64,000 bases of DNA, from contig JBPOFY010000002.1 of the NCBI GenBank assembly GCA_051252375.1, positions 32,001 to 96,000 on the forward strand, in the 5' to 3' direction. Origin of the DNA: Opitutaceae bacterium (GTDB lineage: Bacteria; Verrucomicrobiota; Verrucomicrobiia; Opitutales; Coraliomargaritaceae). Shown piece by piece: positions 39,889-49,802 of this stretch. Position numbers and translations under genes: made by a program. How positions within the stretch are numbered: the first letter of the stretch is position 1; each line of letters opens with the position of its first letter. A model generated the notes under the pieces. The model was given only the letters and a program-made list of their open reading frames with translations. It searched no databases and was not told the DNA's origin.

Positions 39889-42800
39889 TCATTGCGCTGA
39901 GGGCAGTCCCACTTCGACTTTATAAAAGGATTCAGTAATACTGCTCCGCATATCGACATACGATTCCATCGCACCAAGACTCACCTCGGGTTCTCTCAAC
40001 TTTACGAAATCGAAACTCAAATCATTGGTGCCCCATATGGTATACAGTCGGCCTGACACTCCAAGCCACTGAATTTGAATATGACCATTTTCAAGCGGCA
40101 CCAGCTGCTCGATCGCAAACACCGAACTCGCATCGTGCGGCGAGGTGCCAGCGATGTATTCAGAAAGATTATTCATCGAATCGCCGTCTGCATTCTCCAA
40201 TGCATCTAAGGCATCTAGGGGATCGAACCCGTGAGTCGTTTCAAAGGCGTCTGACATGATGTCGCCATCGTCATCCGAGTCGAAATAGTCCCACTCCTGA
40301 TCGGTATCTGTATCCGTTTCATCCGGCCAGCTTTGCGCCCCATCAACTGGCAAGACCATCGCATTGAAGCCCTGCCCTTTGCAGTAACCCTTTGCCGTGC
40401 TTAGACAAAACACTTGCGGTGCAGCATTGAAACCAAAACCAGCCACCTGTGCAGCCGCCTCGACTGATGGCACGTAGCCATACATTTCAAAGAACGCACG
40501 AAAATCCAAGCCAGTGACATAAGAGACAGCGACCACCATCCAGTCCACGTTACCCAATGCCCGAGCTTCCGTCCGTGTAAAACTGGAGAAGCCCAATTGA
40601 TCACGTTTACTCAGCCAGACTGCGTCGTCATCGTCGGAGCGATTAAACTCTCGGTCCAACATGTGGAGGCGCGCATAGACATTCCAGCCGTCCTCTAGGG
40701 CACCTTCATTTTCAGCCACCATCATGATTTGAATCAACATCAACACTTGATGCGACCAGCTCGAACTAGCCCATAAATTATCCTGCAACCACGTCACCGG
40801 ATCGGCTTGCAGCACACTCTCTTGCAACTTATCAAAGACATACTCAAAGGGCAAACTCTGGCAGTCAGGGTCGTTACCAGTCTCGTTATAATAACGCGAC
40901 TTCGAGTAATAAGAATATGGGTTCGTTGTCGAATGCCCCTGCCAGCCTGGCATACGAAAACGAGATTTCTCCAAGCCATGCCCTAGCTCATGCAAGTCAC
41001 CATGATCCGTAGGACCGAAGCTCCAATAGGCATCGTATGGGTTACCCGAACAACCATAGCCGCAGGTTGCTTGGTCGGCATTCATATGCTTCACCAAATC
41101 CAAAGTATCGATCGTCCAATTATTAGTCGCCGCAAAATCATGAATCTCTACGACCGCATCGATCCCAGGACCTTGAAAGCCTGCCAAAATATGAGGGTAA
41201 TTATGCAGATAACGCATCGTCGCGTCTGCGAGTAACTTCGGGGTGCCCCAGTTCGCGACGGAGACATTCATCTTCTCGAGCGACGAGTGCACCTCAAATG
41301 CAGGCGTTGCGATTTCCGCCCAGTCGTATTCTCCAGCATCTAGCTTTTGGGTAAAGTTAAGGTCATCCTGACTTCCACGCCAATACGGGTGCTCACCCAC
41401 ATTCTCAAAGCGCAATTGAACAGGCAGATCATTCGTATCAAAAGCAACTTGCAAAGGACCACCATACGGCGAGGTGAATGCAATCGTCTCACCGCTCGCG
41501 ATCGGCATCTGCGGGCTCTTTAGATATTTCGGTCGCGAATAGCCCTCATTCGCCCATTGATGCGTCGAACCACTCCGCTGCGTATTGACGAAGATTTCAA
41601 CTTCGACAGCACTGCTATCGAGACGCGTTACTTGAACGGTCTGCCCAGGCAACGCATACACCCCGGCGGAGCGAAAGTTGCGCTTACTTTCAAGGTCGAT
41701 GGTTTTAGTCGTCGGCGTGATGTGGCTAAAATCACTACGACTAAAATTCCCCATGTCGGACTGCACAGGATTAATCGATCGAAAGTGATAAACCGCATGG
41801 TCAGCGAAATATGACTTCAAGAAAGCATCGTCATCCGTGGTGACTTTATCCATCGGAAACGTCACGTCGCTGCGATAGCTATCCCCAAGCAAGGCGATGA
41901 GCTTATCGAAGCGAAATGCATCCTCTTGAAATATATCCACGCCCGCTTCATCCCATCCAGTCATCATCGAACGCACTTCGCTCGCTCCATCTAAAAACGC
42001 TTCCTGCAAGCCTATCACCGCAGAGACATCTTCCCCATCAGCTAGCCCCCAATCAAAATCGTAATCATCCGCTTGAAAATGATTCAGCATGGTCTGAATC
42101 GAAACAATTCGCTCAGGCAAGTCTTCAGTCCCCGCAGCGGTAAAATCGTAGTCCGCCAGCTGCAAACGTCTCCAATAGTTATCCCCATCATATGTGACGT
42201 TGAACACCGAGAAGAGCGCTTCTCCCAGTGCAGTGAGATTTCCATCGTGGTGCACATAAAGCACCGGCACCCCAGCCTGCATGGCCGCCTCGACCGTCTG
42301 AGCAATCGCCTCGGGATCAGTGCCATCCACTTGCGAAATAATGAGCAAATCAGGCGCGCCTGCCAGAGCCGCAGCTAAGTTGGCATTGTTGGCACTACCC
42401 GCAGAATTGTAAGACACAGTCGTCGGATAATACGTGTCGAGCCATTGGCGTATCGCCACTTGGTCGGGGAAGTAGTAGCTCTGACTGTCATGCGCGATCA
42501 CCACATCAAACCCAACCGCATCCAGATCCGTGCGCCCCGTCAGCCATGCGATGCTATTCTTCAAAAACTGATGCATGTCTGCATTCACGTTTGCAGCATC
42601 ACGATACCAGTTCCGCATCGGATTACTGCCCAACACAACATACCGCCCTGTTTGCTCACCGATGATTCCGATTTCCCGAGCTTGCACCGTATATGCCACA
42701 TTGGTCACCGCATTCGTAATTAAAACCGGCGCATTCATTCCGAAAGTCGATTTCAACAAACCCGTATCATGTGTCGGGTTCCAATCAATATCTGTCAGAC

Positions 42801-43047
42801 TCGAGCCATCACCCAAAGCAGTCCCGTCCGTATTCAAATTAAACAATTGATACTTCGCAGCATTGAGTAGATCTCGACCAACGACAATTTCCGCCAGCGC
42901 CGCATCTAATAATTCCTCTGATGTCACCGCAGCAACCGAGCCACTTTGTAAGGCATCTTCCACCGCCGGAACCCCCGACGCCAACACACAACTGCCCACC
43001 CATAAACCAATATAAGCAGAGACAGATCGAATAGAGTAATAATTCAT
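39889..43047 (-). CDS. IMPa-like (M60-like/M88) zinc metalloprotease with Ca-binding DxDxD repeats and a C-terminal domain
   Basis: Signal-like N-terminus, AGVYALPG, H.NADQA.CGYGCSGNP.D, HELGH zinc motif; start taken at ATG 43047. Confidence 0.85.
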   Translation of the reverse strand: MNYYSIRSVSAYIGLWVGSCVLASGVPAVEDALQSGSVAAVTSEELLDAALAEIVVGRDLLNAAKYQLFNLNTDGTALGDGSSLTDIDWNPTHDTGLLKSTFGMNAPVLITNAVTNVAYTVQAREIGIIGEQTGRYVVLGSNPMRNWYRDAANVNADMHQFLKNSIAWLTGRTDLDAVGFDVVIAHDSQSYYFPDQVAIRQWLDTYYPTTVSYNSAGSANNANLAAALAGAPDLLIISQVDGTDPEAIAQTVEAAMQAGVPVLYVHHDGNLTALGEALFSVFNVTYDGDNYWRRLQLADYDFTAAGTEDLPERIVSIQTMLNHFQADDYDFDWGLADGEDVSAVIGLQEAFLDGASEVRSMMTGWDEAGVDIFQEDAFRFDKLIALLGDSYRSDVTFPMDKVTTDDDAFLKSYFADHAVYHFRSINPVQSDMGNFSRSDFSHITPTTKTIDLESKRNFRSAGVYALPGQTVQVTRLDSSAVEVEIFVNTQRSGSTHQWANEGYSRPKYLKSPQMPIASGETIAFTSPYGGPLQVAFDTNDLPVQLRFENVGEHPYWRGSQDDLNFTQKLDAGEYDWAEIATPAFEVHSSLEKMNVSVANWGTPKLLADATMRYLHNYPHILAGFQGPGIDAVVEIHDFAATNNWTIDTLDLVKHMNADQATCGYGCSGNPYDAYWSFGPTDHGDLHELGHGLEKSRFRMPGWQGHSTTNPYSYYSKSRYYNETGNDPDCQSLPFEYVFDKLQESVLQADPVTWLQDNLWASSSWSHQVLMLIQIMMVAENEGALEDGWNVYARLHMLDREFNRSDDDDAVWLSKRDQLGFSSFTRTEARALGNVDWMVVAVSYVTGLDFRAFFEMYGYVPSVEAAAQVAGFGFNAAPQVFCLSTAKGYCKGQGFNAMVLPVDGAQSWPDETDTDTDQEWDYFDSDDDGDIMSDAFETTHGFDPLDALDALENADGDSMNNLSEYIAGTSPHDASSVFAIEQLVPLENGHIQIQWLGVSGRLYTIWGTNDLSFDFVKLREPEVSLGAMESYVDMRSSITESFYKVEVGLPSAQ

Positions 43048-43178
43048 TTGCAGGGGCAGAAGAAGCACACAAACCACACGGCACCCAAAAGACAAAGCGG
43101 AAATACCAAGTGCGGTCTCGAATCACAAAGCTTTTACCAATCACCGCAGACGTGAACGGACGATAATTTTATATGAGG

Positions 43179-43451
43179 TTATACTTTTCCTTCTCCCGAC
43201 CTGATCTGTTTCACGCGGGCAATTTGTTTTTGCAGGCAGACCCGACTTGCAATCGTCACTAAAACGAAAAACCAGAGAAGAATCCCACCGCCACCACCAT
43301 GGTAGAGCCCGATGAAAAAGAATAAGCCCAGAATGATTAAATAGATATTATTACTTTTCAGCTTCCCATCATAAATCCCCAATAGCGTCTCCTTCGCCGA
43401 CGTATCGCCGAAATTCGCTTTCATCATCAAAGATATCTCTTGCTTCGTCAT
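43179..43451 (-). CDS. Small hypothetical membrane protein
   Basis: 90 aa with two TM helices joined by HGGGGG; fills the gap between neighbouring genes. Confidence 0.5.
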   Translation of the reverse strand: MTKQEISLMMKANFGDTSAKETLLGIYDGKLKSNNIYLIILGLFFFIGLYHGGGGGILLWFFVLVTIASRVCLQKQIARVKQIRSGEGKV

Positions 43452-43559
43452 AGTTATGCCAAAGTCGGATTATTGGGAATAAGCGATAGGGAGCAAGGAA
43501 GCTCTACTACGACTCATACTCAACAAATAAGTCATCAAATCATTCCCCAAAGGCACCGT

Positions 43560-44330
43560 CTACTTAATCGCGGCTTTCTTCTTTGCCGCCTTCTTTTTAG
43601 GACTGCTTTTGAGCAACTTCACTTCCATCACAATTTGTTTGGCAATCTTGTTTTCACGCACTTGAAACAGATCGATCGCTTTAAACAGATCACTGAGTTT
43701 TTTGAAGCCATAGGTCCTATGATCGAAGGGACCTTGATTCGTAATGTAAGAGCCGACGGGACCGAGACGCGCCCAGCCCTCTTCATCCTCAGCTGCTTTC
43801 ACCGCGGAGCGTAGAATATTCATCAACTTTGTATTCTGCTTCAGTTGCACAACAGAATCAGCTTTGACTTGAGCTTCAGCCTTCCCGGTATCTGCTTCCT
43901 CCAAATAAAAGAATTTCGTGCAACTCGAAATAAAGGGGCTCGGTGTATTCTTCCCACCAAAACCAAATACTTGCTTGCCGTCTTCGCGTAAGCGCATTGC
44001 CAGTGGGGTGAAATCACAATCTGACGAAACCAAACAATAGATCTGAACATCTTTCTTCGTATAAAGAATATCCATCGTATCGATCAGTAGTGCCATGTCG
44101 GTGCCATTCTTCCCCTTCACCAAATCAAAATGCTGGATCGGCTGAATTGCATATTCATGCAGTATGTCGACCCAGCCTTTGAGCGCCCGCTTATTCCAAT
44201 TCCCATACGCCTTGCGAATATTCACCACCCCGTAGGTCGCGAGTTCGGAGACAATAAAATCAATCTTGGCGGCCGGCGAATTATCCGCGTCGATCAGGAG
44301 TGCTATATTCTGATTAGGTGGGGTATCCAT
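43560..44330 (-). CDS. NYN-domain (PIN-like) protein with OST-HTH/LOTUS domain
   Basis: LLIDADN, AYGNW, GKN.TD....D, VSSDCDF, GWA.L..VG and FD.R.YG..KLS.L motifs. Confidence 0.9.
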   Translation of the reverse strand: MDTPPNQNIALLIDADNSPAAKIDFIVSELATYGVVNIRKAYGNWNKRALKGWVDILHEYAIQPIQHFDLVKGKNGTDMALLIDTMDILYTKKDVQIYCLVSSDCDFTPLAMRLREDGKQVFGFGGKNTPSPFISSCTKFFYLEEADTGKAEAQVKADSVVQLKQNTKLMNILRSAVKAAEDEEGWARLGPVGSYITNQGPFDHRTYGFKKLSDLFKAIDLFQVRENKIAKQIVMEVKLLKSSPKKKAAKKKAAIK

Positions 44331-44385
44331 AGCCCATAGATTGAACAATAAACCGTGAGAGAACGAGTCTATTTACACAGGTAGC

Positions 44386-44445
44386 AGTTAGCCACAAAAG
44401 ACACAGGCTCCCGTTTTGTGCCTTCCGTGATTTTTGTGGTTAACT
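44386..44445. repeat. REP-like imperfect inverted repeat
   Basis: AGTTAGCCACAAAA ... TTTTGTGGTTAACT arms with an internal TTTTGTG unit. Confidence 0.5.
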
Positions 44446-44606
44446 AATTAGACCAGCCCACAACCGATCTAAAACCACCCCATCAATCATCCGCCATCAG
44501 TCATCTCCCTCTATGCTTAGCGCCTTGGCGAGAACCTATCGCCCTCCCCCAAAATACCATTTTTTAAATATCGCAGCCTGCAACCCAGTAGATAAAATGC
44601 CACCAG

Positions 44607-45290
44607 ATGAATGTTCATTTAAAAATCCTAGGCTTTGAAACCCTCGACGCGATCCCTGACTGCTGGAGCCTTCAAGACTATCAAGCGCTGCTCGAACGAT
44701 GCGAAATCGACGACTACGCACAGTTATCTTTTTCCGAAGCAGAAGAGATGCTCTTCATGGCTTTGGCCGACTTGGAAGCCGACGAGGCAGCCAAAATCAT
44801 TCTGGAGTATAAGTTCTCTAGCCAGCTACGCGCCGGGCAGATCGAGCAAATGTCTCACGAGATGCTCGAAGACTGCCTCCCTGAGGAGCACCCCGACATT
44901 ACATTACATTATTGTCTCTTTAATATTAACGAACTGCTCAACCGCGCCTTTAATAATAAATTCCCAGACGCCAAAGCCACACGCATACGATTCAGATTGG
45001 AGATCGACGGTGCGGACTCGCAGACGAGCATAAGCAAAGAAATCATACTCAAAGCCTTTTCCCTGTGTTTCACCGACGGTCAAATCATTCACCGGCTCTA
45101 CGAAGATCAACTCGCGGGCGAACTCGCTTTCCCCGAAGCCGAGAGCATCCTCTGGGAAGTCCAAGCACAAGATGACCACGAATACACGATCATCACATCG
45201 CGTTATTGGATCGAGCGAGAAGACTTCTCGAGCTTACAAGCGAACGGCAAGATACAGCTGTCCAAATTGACTAAAGAGAAAAGAGCCTAG
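44607..45290 (+). CDS. Hypothetical protein (acidic)
   Basis: 227-aa ORF preceded by a TAAAAT -10 element; no recognised catalytic motif. Confidence 0.7.
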   Translation: MNVHLKILGFETLDAIPDCWSLQDYQALLERCEIDDYAQLSFSEAEEMLFMALADLEADEAAKIILEYKFSSQLRAGQIEQMSHEMLEDCLPEEHPDITLHYCLFNINELLNRAFNNKFPDAKATRIRFRLEIDGADSQTSISKEIILKAFSLCFTDGQIIHRLYEDQLAGELAFPEAESILWEVQAQDDHEYTIITSRYWIEREDFSSLQANGKIQLSKLTKEKRA

Positions 45291-45328
45291 TCTGACACCG
45301 CCCCCTTTCAGCTGAGCAAAACTTCGGA

Positions 45329-46108
45329 TTACTCCTGCGGCAATTCCTTGATGCGGATGTTGCGGAAGAGCAGCTCGGCCCATTCAGCCTGTAGGCCGAT
45401 ACGTCCTTTTTCGAGTGGTAGGGTCGTGCCATCTTTTTGACGCTGCACAAAGTTGAATGTTTCCAGGACAACCTCACCGTTGAAGATGAAAGTCGCTTTC
45501 TCGGAACCATGCACACGGATCTCCATTTCATTCCACTCGCCTTTTGGTTTCTCGACACCCGCAGCCGCCTCTACTCCACTACCAGTTACCCGTTCCGCAT
45601 CTGGATCATAACGCTTATCCTTCGGCGTATCGGTTCGTAAATGTCTACCTAGGACAAACAGATCTCCGGTATGGAAGCGACCCTCTTTGCCTTTGGCGAA
45701 AGGTTTGTCGCCTGCGGACTCACCGATCTGCATTTCCAAAGACCAAGGCCAGACCTTTGTGAGATCTCCATGAACATGAAAGAGTAAGCCTGAGTCGCGG
45801 TCCCAATCCGTCCGTGGGGCAAAACGTTTATCCAACCATTTGTATTCGAGCTTGAGAATATAATGACTGAATTCTTCATCTGAAACGAGGCAATCAGTGA
45901 CTTGCTTCGAATCGGCTTCAAGCCCGGCGTAAGTATGAATCGCTTGCTCCTCCTCATTAACCGAAAAGGCACCTGTATCACCCTCGCCTGAGCTACGCGC
46001 TGCAGACCAACCATCTAGAGTCTTGCCATCGAAAAGAGGTCTAAAGCCGTCGTCCTCAGCAAAGAGGGAAAGAGAAAGAAACAGGGGAAGCAAATAGAGG
46101 GTTTTCAT
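45329..46108 (-). CDS. DUF1080 (3-keto-disaccharide hydrolase-like) secreted protein
   Basis: Signal peptide, LFDGKTLDGW, DSG, EMQI, GEWN and G.IGLQ.E..E..FRNIRI motifs; start taken at ATG 46108. Confidence 0.88.
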   Translation of the reverse strand: MKTLYLLPLFLSLSLFAEDDGFRPLFDGKTLDGWSAARSSGEGDTGAFSVNEEEQAIHTYAGLEADSKQVTDCLVSDEEFSHYILKLEYKWLDKRFAPRTDWDRDSGLLFHVHGDLTKVWPWSLEMQIGESAGDKPFAKGKEGRFHTGDLFVLGRHLRTDTPKDKRYDPDAERVTGSGVEAAAGVEKPKGEWNEMEIRVHGSEKATFIFNGEVVLETFNFVQRQKDGTTLPLEKGRIGLQAEWAELLFRNIRIKELPQE

Positions 46109-46355
46109 ATTGGGGATTGTGAATTGAAGGGAAAGAGAGCTCAGGAAAACCCAAGTCTCTACGCGCAGCAAGCAGATAGCCGCATGACTCAAGAATTACG
46201 GAATACCCCCGGGTGCCCCACCTGTAGCATTCGAAACACCTTGACCTAAATTGGCTGCCAGTAATCTTCTCAAGAGCGTAGCTAGAATCCCACCTAAACG
46301 CCCTCCACCTGAGGACATTTCTGCTGCAAGCAATCCCCAAAAAAACATCGTTATA

Positions 46356-49300
46356 ATGCGAGCTATCCTAACCCTTGTCCTATCGCTCGCCTTCGCCAAC
46401 GTAAGCATCGCTGATGTTCTTGTGGGTTGGGATAACGACCCGACCGTCCACGGTTCCGAAAACTGGGCAAGCAGCTATAACGCCACGGGCATCAACGCCG
46501 CTACCGTGACTACCGGCAGCGGAATCTCCGCCAAGCTAACCAGCGGTGGTCCGGATATCGACCAAGCCATGAAATACACTGGTTTGCATGCCAGAAATAT
46601 CGCCGATGCCGTAACCAACAACGAATACATCAGCTTCACCCTCAACTCCAATGCCGACGCCTTTCAAATCGACAGCATTGAAATTTCCGACGTCAACATG
46701 AACGTGGGTTCTACTCTGATGATGGAGCTGCGTTCCAGCGTGGATGGCTTCACCACCACCCTATCTTCAAACTCGACCACCAACGCTGCTGGCCAAGGTA
46801 TCGAGAACTTTGCCACTTCAGGAATATCGGAGCTCAGCAATGTAGAGTTCCGCCTCTACTTTTACTGGGTAACCAATGGCAACGAGAACTCCAGCATCCA
46901 CTTCCGCAGCGATAAGACTTCGATCGACCAGTTCCCCGACGCCGCTGGCACTACGCTGACCGACCCGATCCTATTGGTTAACGGCAGCGTGTTTTTCGAC
47001 GGAGTCGCCTACATCACAGACTTCTCGGCTACACCGGATAACTTTATCGATTCCGATAGTGTGCAACTTACGTGGTCCACCATTCAGGCCAAACGACTGG
47101 AGATTAGCAACGACACCAGCAGCATCGCCACCTACACCACAAGCGTCGACGGACAGTCGTTCATCAACAGCGGTAGCCTCGCCCTTGGCACGATATCCGA
47201 AACCACGACCTACACGCTGACCGCGACCTTCGAGGAAAACGGCAGCGGAGACACCGTCACCGAGCAAACCACTGTCACGGTCATTCATACCACCGATATC
47301 GACACGGATCGCGACGGGCTCTCCGATGCCGAAGAAGCGGACACCTATTCCACCGATCCAAGCAACCCAGACAGCGACGGCGACGGCACACCCGACGGAC
47401 TCGAGGTCACCAACGGGCTCGACCCGAACGATCCCAACGAGTCGCTCGATCGCCCCAACATCATCGTTTTCTTCACCGACGACCAAGGCTGGGGCGACCT
47501 AGGCTGCTTCTGGCAGGACCAAAAGTCTGGCAGTAAGTTCGACACACCCGTCCTCGACAGCCTCGCAGCCGAGGGCGCCAAGCTCACTCACCACTACGTC
47601 TCCGCACCGATCTGTCTGCCCTCACGCAGCTCTCTTCTCCAGGGTCGCCATCAAGGTCACAGCGGCCTTCGCAACATCATGTTCGACAGTCCGCTTCCGG
47701 ATAATCATACCATCGCGGACACCCTGCGCCTTGCCGGATACCGCACCATCCATATCGGTAAGAACGGCGTCGCAGGCGGAGAAGGCAGCGTCAACCTCAG
47801 CGGCAACGGATCACAAAACCTCGAGGCACACCCGCTCAAGCGCGGCTTCGACGAGTTCTTCGGCTACCTCTTCCACGGCGACGCACACGAGCACTATCCG
47901 CGCAACGGCAACACCAATAAAACCGCCCACATCTACCACGATTTCCAGCAGGTTAACAACGCCTCGCTCGACCTTTACACCACTGACGCCTTCACCGCCT
48001 ATGCCAAAGACGCCATCATCCGCGAGCACAACGATAGTGATAACCAACCCTTCTTTCTCTATCTCGCATACGACGCACCACACTTCAACAACCAGCGCCC
48101 CGCTGTCGCTTACCCCTCGGGCGGCGGCCTAAACGGGGGCATCCAATGGACCACCGCGACCGACGGCTCCGGCATGATTCGCTATGCCTCGACAGCTGAC
48201 GGCACAGGCACGGTGGACGGATATAACCACCCCGACAACGACGCGGGCTGGACCAACAACGAGAAGCAACTCGTCGGCATGATCCGCCGTATCGACAACT
48301 CCATCGGCGACATCGTCCAACTGCTCAAAGACCTTGGTATCGATGACAACACCATGATTGTTTTCACCACCGACAACGGCCCCGACGGTTCCGTCAGCCG
48401 CGGCGTGCACACCTTCGAATCCTACGCCAACTTCGAAGGCACCAAACAAGACATTCTCGAAGGTGGTAGCCGCGTGCCCACCATCGTCCGCTGGCCCGGT
48501 AAGATCGCCGGCGCGACCAACGACGAAGCCAACATCCTCGAAATCGACCGTCCCGCGATCACTTACGATTGGATGCCCACCTTCGCGGAGATGGCTGGCG
48601 TGACCGCTCCCTCTTGGTGCGACGGCGTCTCCCTCCTGCCCACCCTCACCGGTCAAGGCATCCAGCGCGACAAAGGCTACCTCTACACCGAATTCAGAGG
48701 CTATCTCGGCACTTCCGTTCAAGACTATGACGAATTCCCCACCCACGGTGGCCGAACACGCGGCGAGACTCAGTTCGTGCGAATCGGTAACTACATGGGC
48801 ATTCGGATGGACATCCAGAGCGCCGCAGATCCATTCGAGATTTACGATGTCACTACCGACACCAAACAAGCCAACGACCTCGCCGGCGTCATGCCTGATC
48901 TCGAAGCACAGATGCGCGATATCGCACTGCAAACCCGTCGCCCACACGCCACCGCCACACGACCTTACGACTCCGCCCTCGTGCCGAACAGTGACCGCGA
49001 ATTGGAACCTGGTCTCCGCTACTACGCCTACGAAGGCATTTGGTCCTACGTCCCCGAATTCCGCGACATCCGCCCAATTCGCACCGCCCCCTGCGACAGC
49101 ATTGACCTCTCGCTCCGTGCACGCGACCAACACCACGGCCTACTCTTCTCTGGCTATATCGATATCCCCACCGGCGGCGACTACACCTTCCACCTCAGTT
49201 CCGACAGTGGCGCCAATTTCTTCATCCACGAAGCACATGTGATTGACGACGACTATCACCACGACCGCTCCGAACAATCCGGCACCACCAAGCTCGAAGC

Positions 49301-49649
49301 CGGCCTGCATCCCTTCAGGCTTTACTATCGCCACGCCACCGCATCCATTCATGAGCTTGAACTCAGTTGGGAGGGGCCGAGCATCACAAAACAAACCATC
49401 CCCGCGAGTGCCTTTTACCGCATCCCGGAAATCAAGACCACCGTCGGCGTCCAAGGCAGCAACCTGAACTTCAACTGGAACAGCCTCGGCGATCAGACCT
49501 ACCGGCTACGCGCCAACCAAACACTCCTGAATCACGCATCCATCTGGCCCATCATCGAAGAAAAAATTCCACCAAGCCCACCGGTAGGTAGTCTAAGTAT
49601 TCCGATGCCCAATGACGAACGTATGTTCTACATCATCGAAGAGGAATAA
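46356..49649 (+). CDS. Multidomain secreted S1 sulfatase (N-terminal beta domains, TSP3-like repeats, sulfatase, PA14, C-terminal domain)
   Basis: RPNIIVFFTDDQG, CLPSR formylglycine motif, GYRT..IGK, TTDNG, EGG.RVP motifs; DTDRDG/DSDGDG repeats; PA14-like GYIDIP..G.YTF...SD.G. Confidence 0.92.
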   Translation: MRAILTLVLSLAFANVSIADVLVGWDNDPTVHGSENWASSYNATGINAATVTTGSGISAKLTSGGPDIDQAMKYTGLHARNIADAVTNNEYISFTLNSNADAFQIDSIEISDVNMNVGSTLMMELRSSVDGFTTTLSSNSTTNAAGQGIENFATSGISELSNVEFRLYFYWVTNGNENSSIHFRSDKTSIDQFPDAAGTTLTDPILLVNGSVFFDGVAYITDFSATPDNFIDSDSVQLTWSTIQAKRLEISNDTSSIATYTTSVDGQSFINSGSLALGTISETTTYTLTATFEENGSGDTVTEQTTVTVIHTTDIDTDRDGLSDAEEADTYSTDPSNPDSDGDGTPDGLEVTNGLDPNDPNESLDRPNIIVFFTDDQGWGDLGCFWQDQKSGSKFDTPVLDSLAAEGAKLTHHYVSAPICLPSRSSLLQGRHQGHSGLRNIMFDSPLPDNHTIADTLRLAGYRTIHIGKNGVAGGEGSVNLSGNGSQNLEAHPLKRGFDEFFGYLFHGDAHEHYPRNGNTNKTAHIYHDFQQVNNASLDLYTTDAFTAYAKDAIIREHNDSDNQPFFLYLAYDAPHFNNQRPAVAYPSGGGLNGGIQWTTATDGSGMIRYASTADGTGTVDGYNHPDNDAGWTNNEKQLVGMIRRIDNSIGDIVQLLKDLGIDDNTMIVFTTDNGPDGSVSRGVHTFESYANFEGTKQDILEGGSRVPTIVRWPGKIAGATNDEANILEIDRPAITYDWMPTFAEMAGVTAPSWCDGVSLLPTLTGQGIQRDKGYLYTEFRGYLGTSVQDYDEFPTHGGRTRGETQFVRIGNYMGIRMDIQSAADPFEIYDVTTDTKQANDLAGVMPDLEAQMRDIALQTRRPHATATRPYDSALVPNSDRELEPGLRYYAYEGIWSYVPEFRDIRPIRTAPCDSIDLSLRARDQHHGLLFSGYIDIPTGGDYTFHLSSDSGANFFIHEAHVIDDDYHHDRSEQSGTTKLEAGLHPFRLYYRHATASIHELELSWEGPSITKQTIPASAFYRIPEIKTTVGVQGSNLNFNWNSLGDQTYRLRANQTLLNHASIWPIIEEKIPPSPPVGSLSIPMPNDERMFYIIEEE

Positions 49650-49802
49650 TCCGCTAACAACTCCTCCAACTTAGTCTTTAAATTCTCTGTTAAAACTACC
49701 GCAAGTCTATGACGGGCAGACCCAATAACGATGTTAGGGGTTGCACTATGTTAAAAACTCCTCAGAAAAACTACCCTGTTCTACCCCCTACCCAATCGCA
49801 TC

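Noticed and set aside
43440..43814. 124-aa plus-strand ORF
   Set aside because: Antisense to the well-supported NYN gene.
46971..49454. Long antisense and alternate-frame ORFs inside the sulfatase (e.g. 48129-49136, 335 aa)
   Set aside because: Expected shadows of strongly C-ending codon bias; no motifs.
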